Virus record (IMG/VR): IMGVR_UViG_3300037297_000228 | Source of the DNA: a virus | DNA length: 48,298 bases | Direction: 5' to 3' (one strand) | Shown: positions 47,893 to 48,298 of the stretch, one piece after another | How positions within the stretch are numbered: the first letter of the stretch is position 1 | Layout: each line of letters begins with the position of its first letter | Made by a program: the position numbers and the translations under genes | Notes under the pieces: generated by a model | Database searches by the model: none | What the model was told of the DNA's origin: nothing | The model's input: only the letters and a program-made list of their open reading frames with translations

Positions 47893-48090
47893 TTAATGCT
47901 TAATTTTTCTCCAATAAATTGGAGTATTTGTATAATTACACCAAAATCTTTTATATTTTGGATTATATGCCTTAAAAGTTAAATCTTTAATTCTTTCAAG
48001 TCTGCCATAACCTGTTGAATTATCACTCCATTTAAGTTTTACCAATTCTTTTCTTTTTGGCAAAACCTCTTTAACTTTTATCCATTTCAT
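47893..48090 (-). CDS. DUF551-like small protein, 65 aa
   Basis: The MKWIKVKEVLPKRKELVKL start (W-I-x-V-x-x-x-L-P) is typical of DUF551 phage proteins, by recollection. Confidence 0.5.
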   Translation of the reverse strand: MKWIKVKEVLPKRKELVKLKWSDNSTGYGRLERIKDLTFKAYNPKYKRFWCNYTNTPIYWRKIKH

Positions 48091-48114
48091 TTTTTACCTT
48101 TCTTATAATTTTTT

Positions 48115-48285
48115 TTATTTAATTTTTTTCCAAATCCAGATCATAAATATATAAAATATCAAATCAGCCTGGAATAAAATTACCCAGTCTTCACCTTTAT
48201 TTTTGTTAATAAATAGGTAATATCCTATTGTAATTGAAACAGATATTAATAATATTACTGCTGCTCCCCAAATTAATTTTTTCAT
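48115..48285 (-). CDS. Small two-TM membrane protein, 56 aa, spanning the terminal-repeat boundary
   Basis: GGAGACAAA SD followed by ATG 48285. Sequence MKKLIWGAAVILLISVSITIGYYLFINKNKGEDWVILFQADLIFYIFMIWIWKKIK. The 5' 114 nt lie inside the 127-bp repeat. Confidence 0.5.
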   Translation of the reverse strand: MKKLIWGAAVILLISVSITIGYYLFINKNKGEDWVILFQADLIFYIFMIWIWKKIK

Positions 48286-48298
48286 TTTGTCTCCTTTA
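48172..48298. repeat. Terminal direct repeat, right copy (identical to 1..127)
   Basis: Exact 127/127 match to the start of the window. Confidence 0.97.

Noticed and set aside
1-48298. CRISPR arrays, rRNA genes, insertion sequences and a DGR (reverse transcriptase plus template repeat)
   Set aside because: Scanning by eye found no regularly spaced direct repeats with unique spacers, no rRNA-like conserved blocks, and no transposase or reverse-transcriptase motifs in any ORF.

Overview
The window is a complete, AT-rich tailed dsDNA phage genome. It closes on itself through an exact 127-bp terminal overlap (1..127 = 48172..48298), giving a unit length of 48171 bp. One small membrane-protein gene is intact only across that junction.

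Organisation:
1. Plus-strand late block, about 7.1-26.4 kb. Lambda-type head genes (gpW-like, lambda-family portal, ClpP/S49-type prohead protease-scaffold, gpD-like decoration protein, gpE-like major capsid) are joined to a Mu/P2-type contractile tail. The tail set is sheath, tube, a G/GT chaperone pair with an A AAA AAA -1 slippery site, tape measure, a Mu gp43-gp48-like baseplate and a collar-domain tail fibre. Accessory genes are inserted in this block: a membrane/lipoprotein/moron set between portal and protease, and a GT-A glycosyltransferase between tube and chaperone.
2. Minus-strand packaging operon, 5.2 to 0.3 kb. A Nu1-like small terminase and a GpA-family large terminase are separated by a ParB-domain DNA methyltransferase and a radical SAM enzyme.
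3. Long, tightly packed minus-strand early/accessory block, running from about 0.3 kb across the junction down to 27.7 kb. It encodes:
- a Toprim/P-loop primase-helicase, an SF2 helicase and a second DNA methyltransferase;
- a RecT plus YqaJ-type exonuclease pair and a VRR-NUC nuclease;
- an M15 peptidase, a C39-like peptidase and a class-3 lipase;
- a cluster of two glycosyltransferase-like and two SAM-methyltransferase genes;
- an NrdD C-terminal glycyl-radical mini-protein;
- dozens of microproteins of 40-80 aa, many of them Cys-rich.
4. A short plus-strand operon (29.09-29.76 kb) and a convergent lipoprotein gene (26475..27665).

I could not recognise an integrase, repressor, rRNA or CRISPR array.

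Observations most worth following up:
- two tRNA-shaped elements with canonical acceptor and T arms but non-functional-looking anticodon arms;
- an in-frame TAG splitting a DUF736-like gene;
- a promoter-operator-5'UTR cassette present in three full copies;
- a roughly 0.5-kb non-coding iteron-like region next to a GC-rich triple hairpin;
- glycan-modification genes both inside the tail operon and as a separate cluster;
- a 42-nt module shared by the scaffold/protease gene and the tail-fibre gene.

All family assignments come from motif recognition by eye and from synteny, not from database searches.
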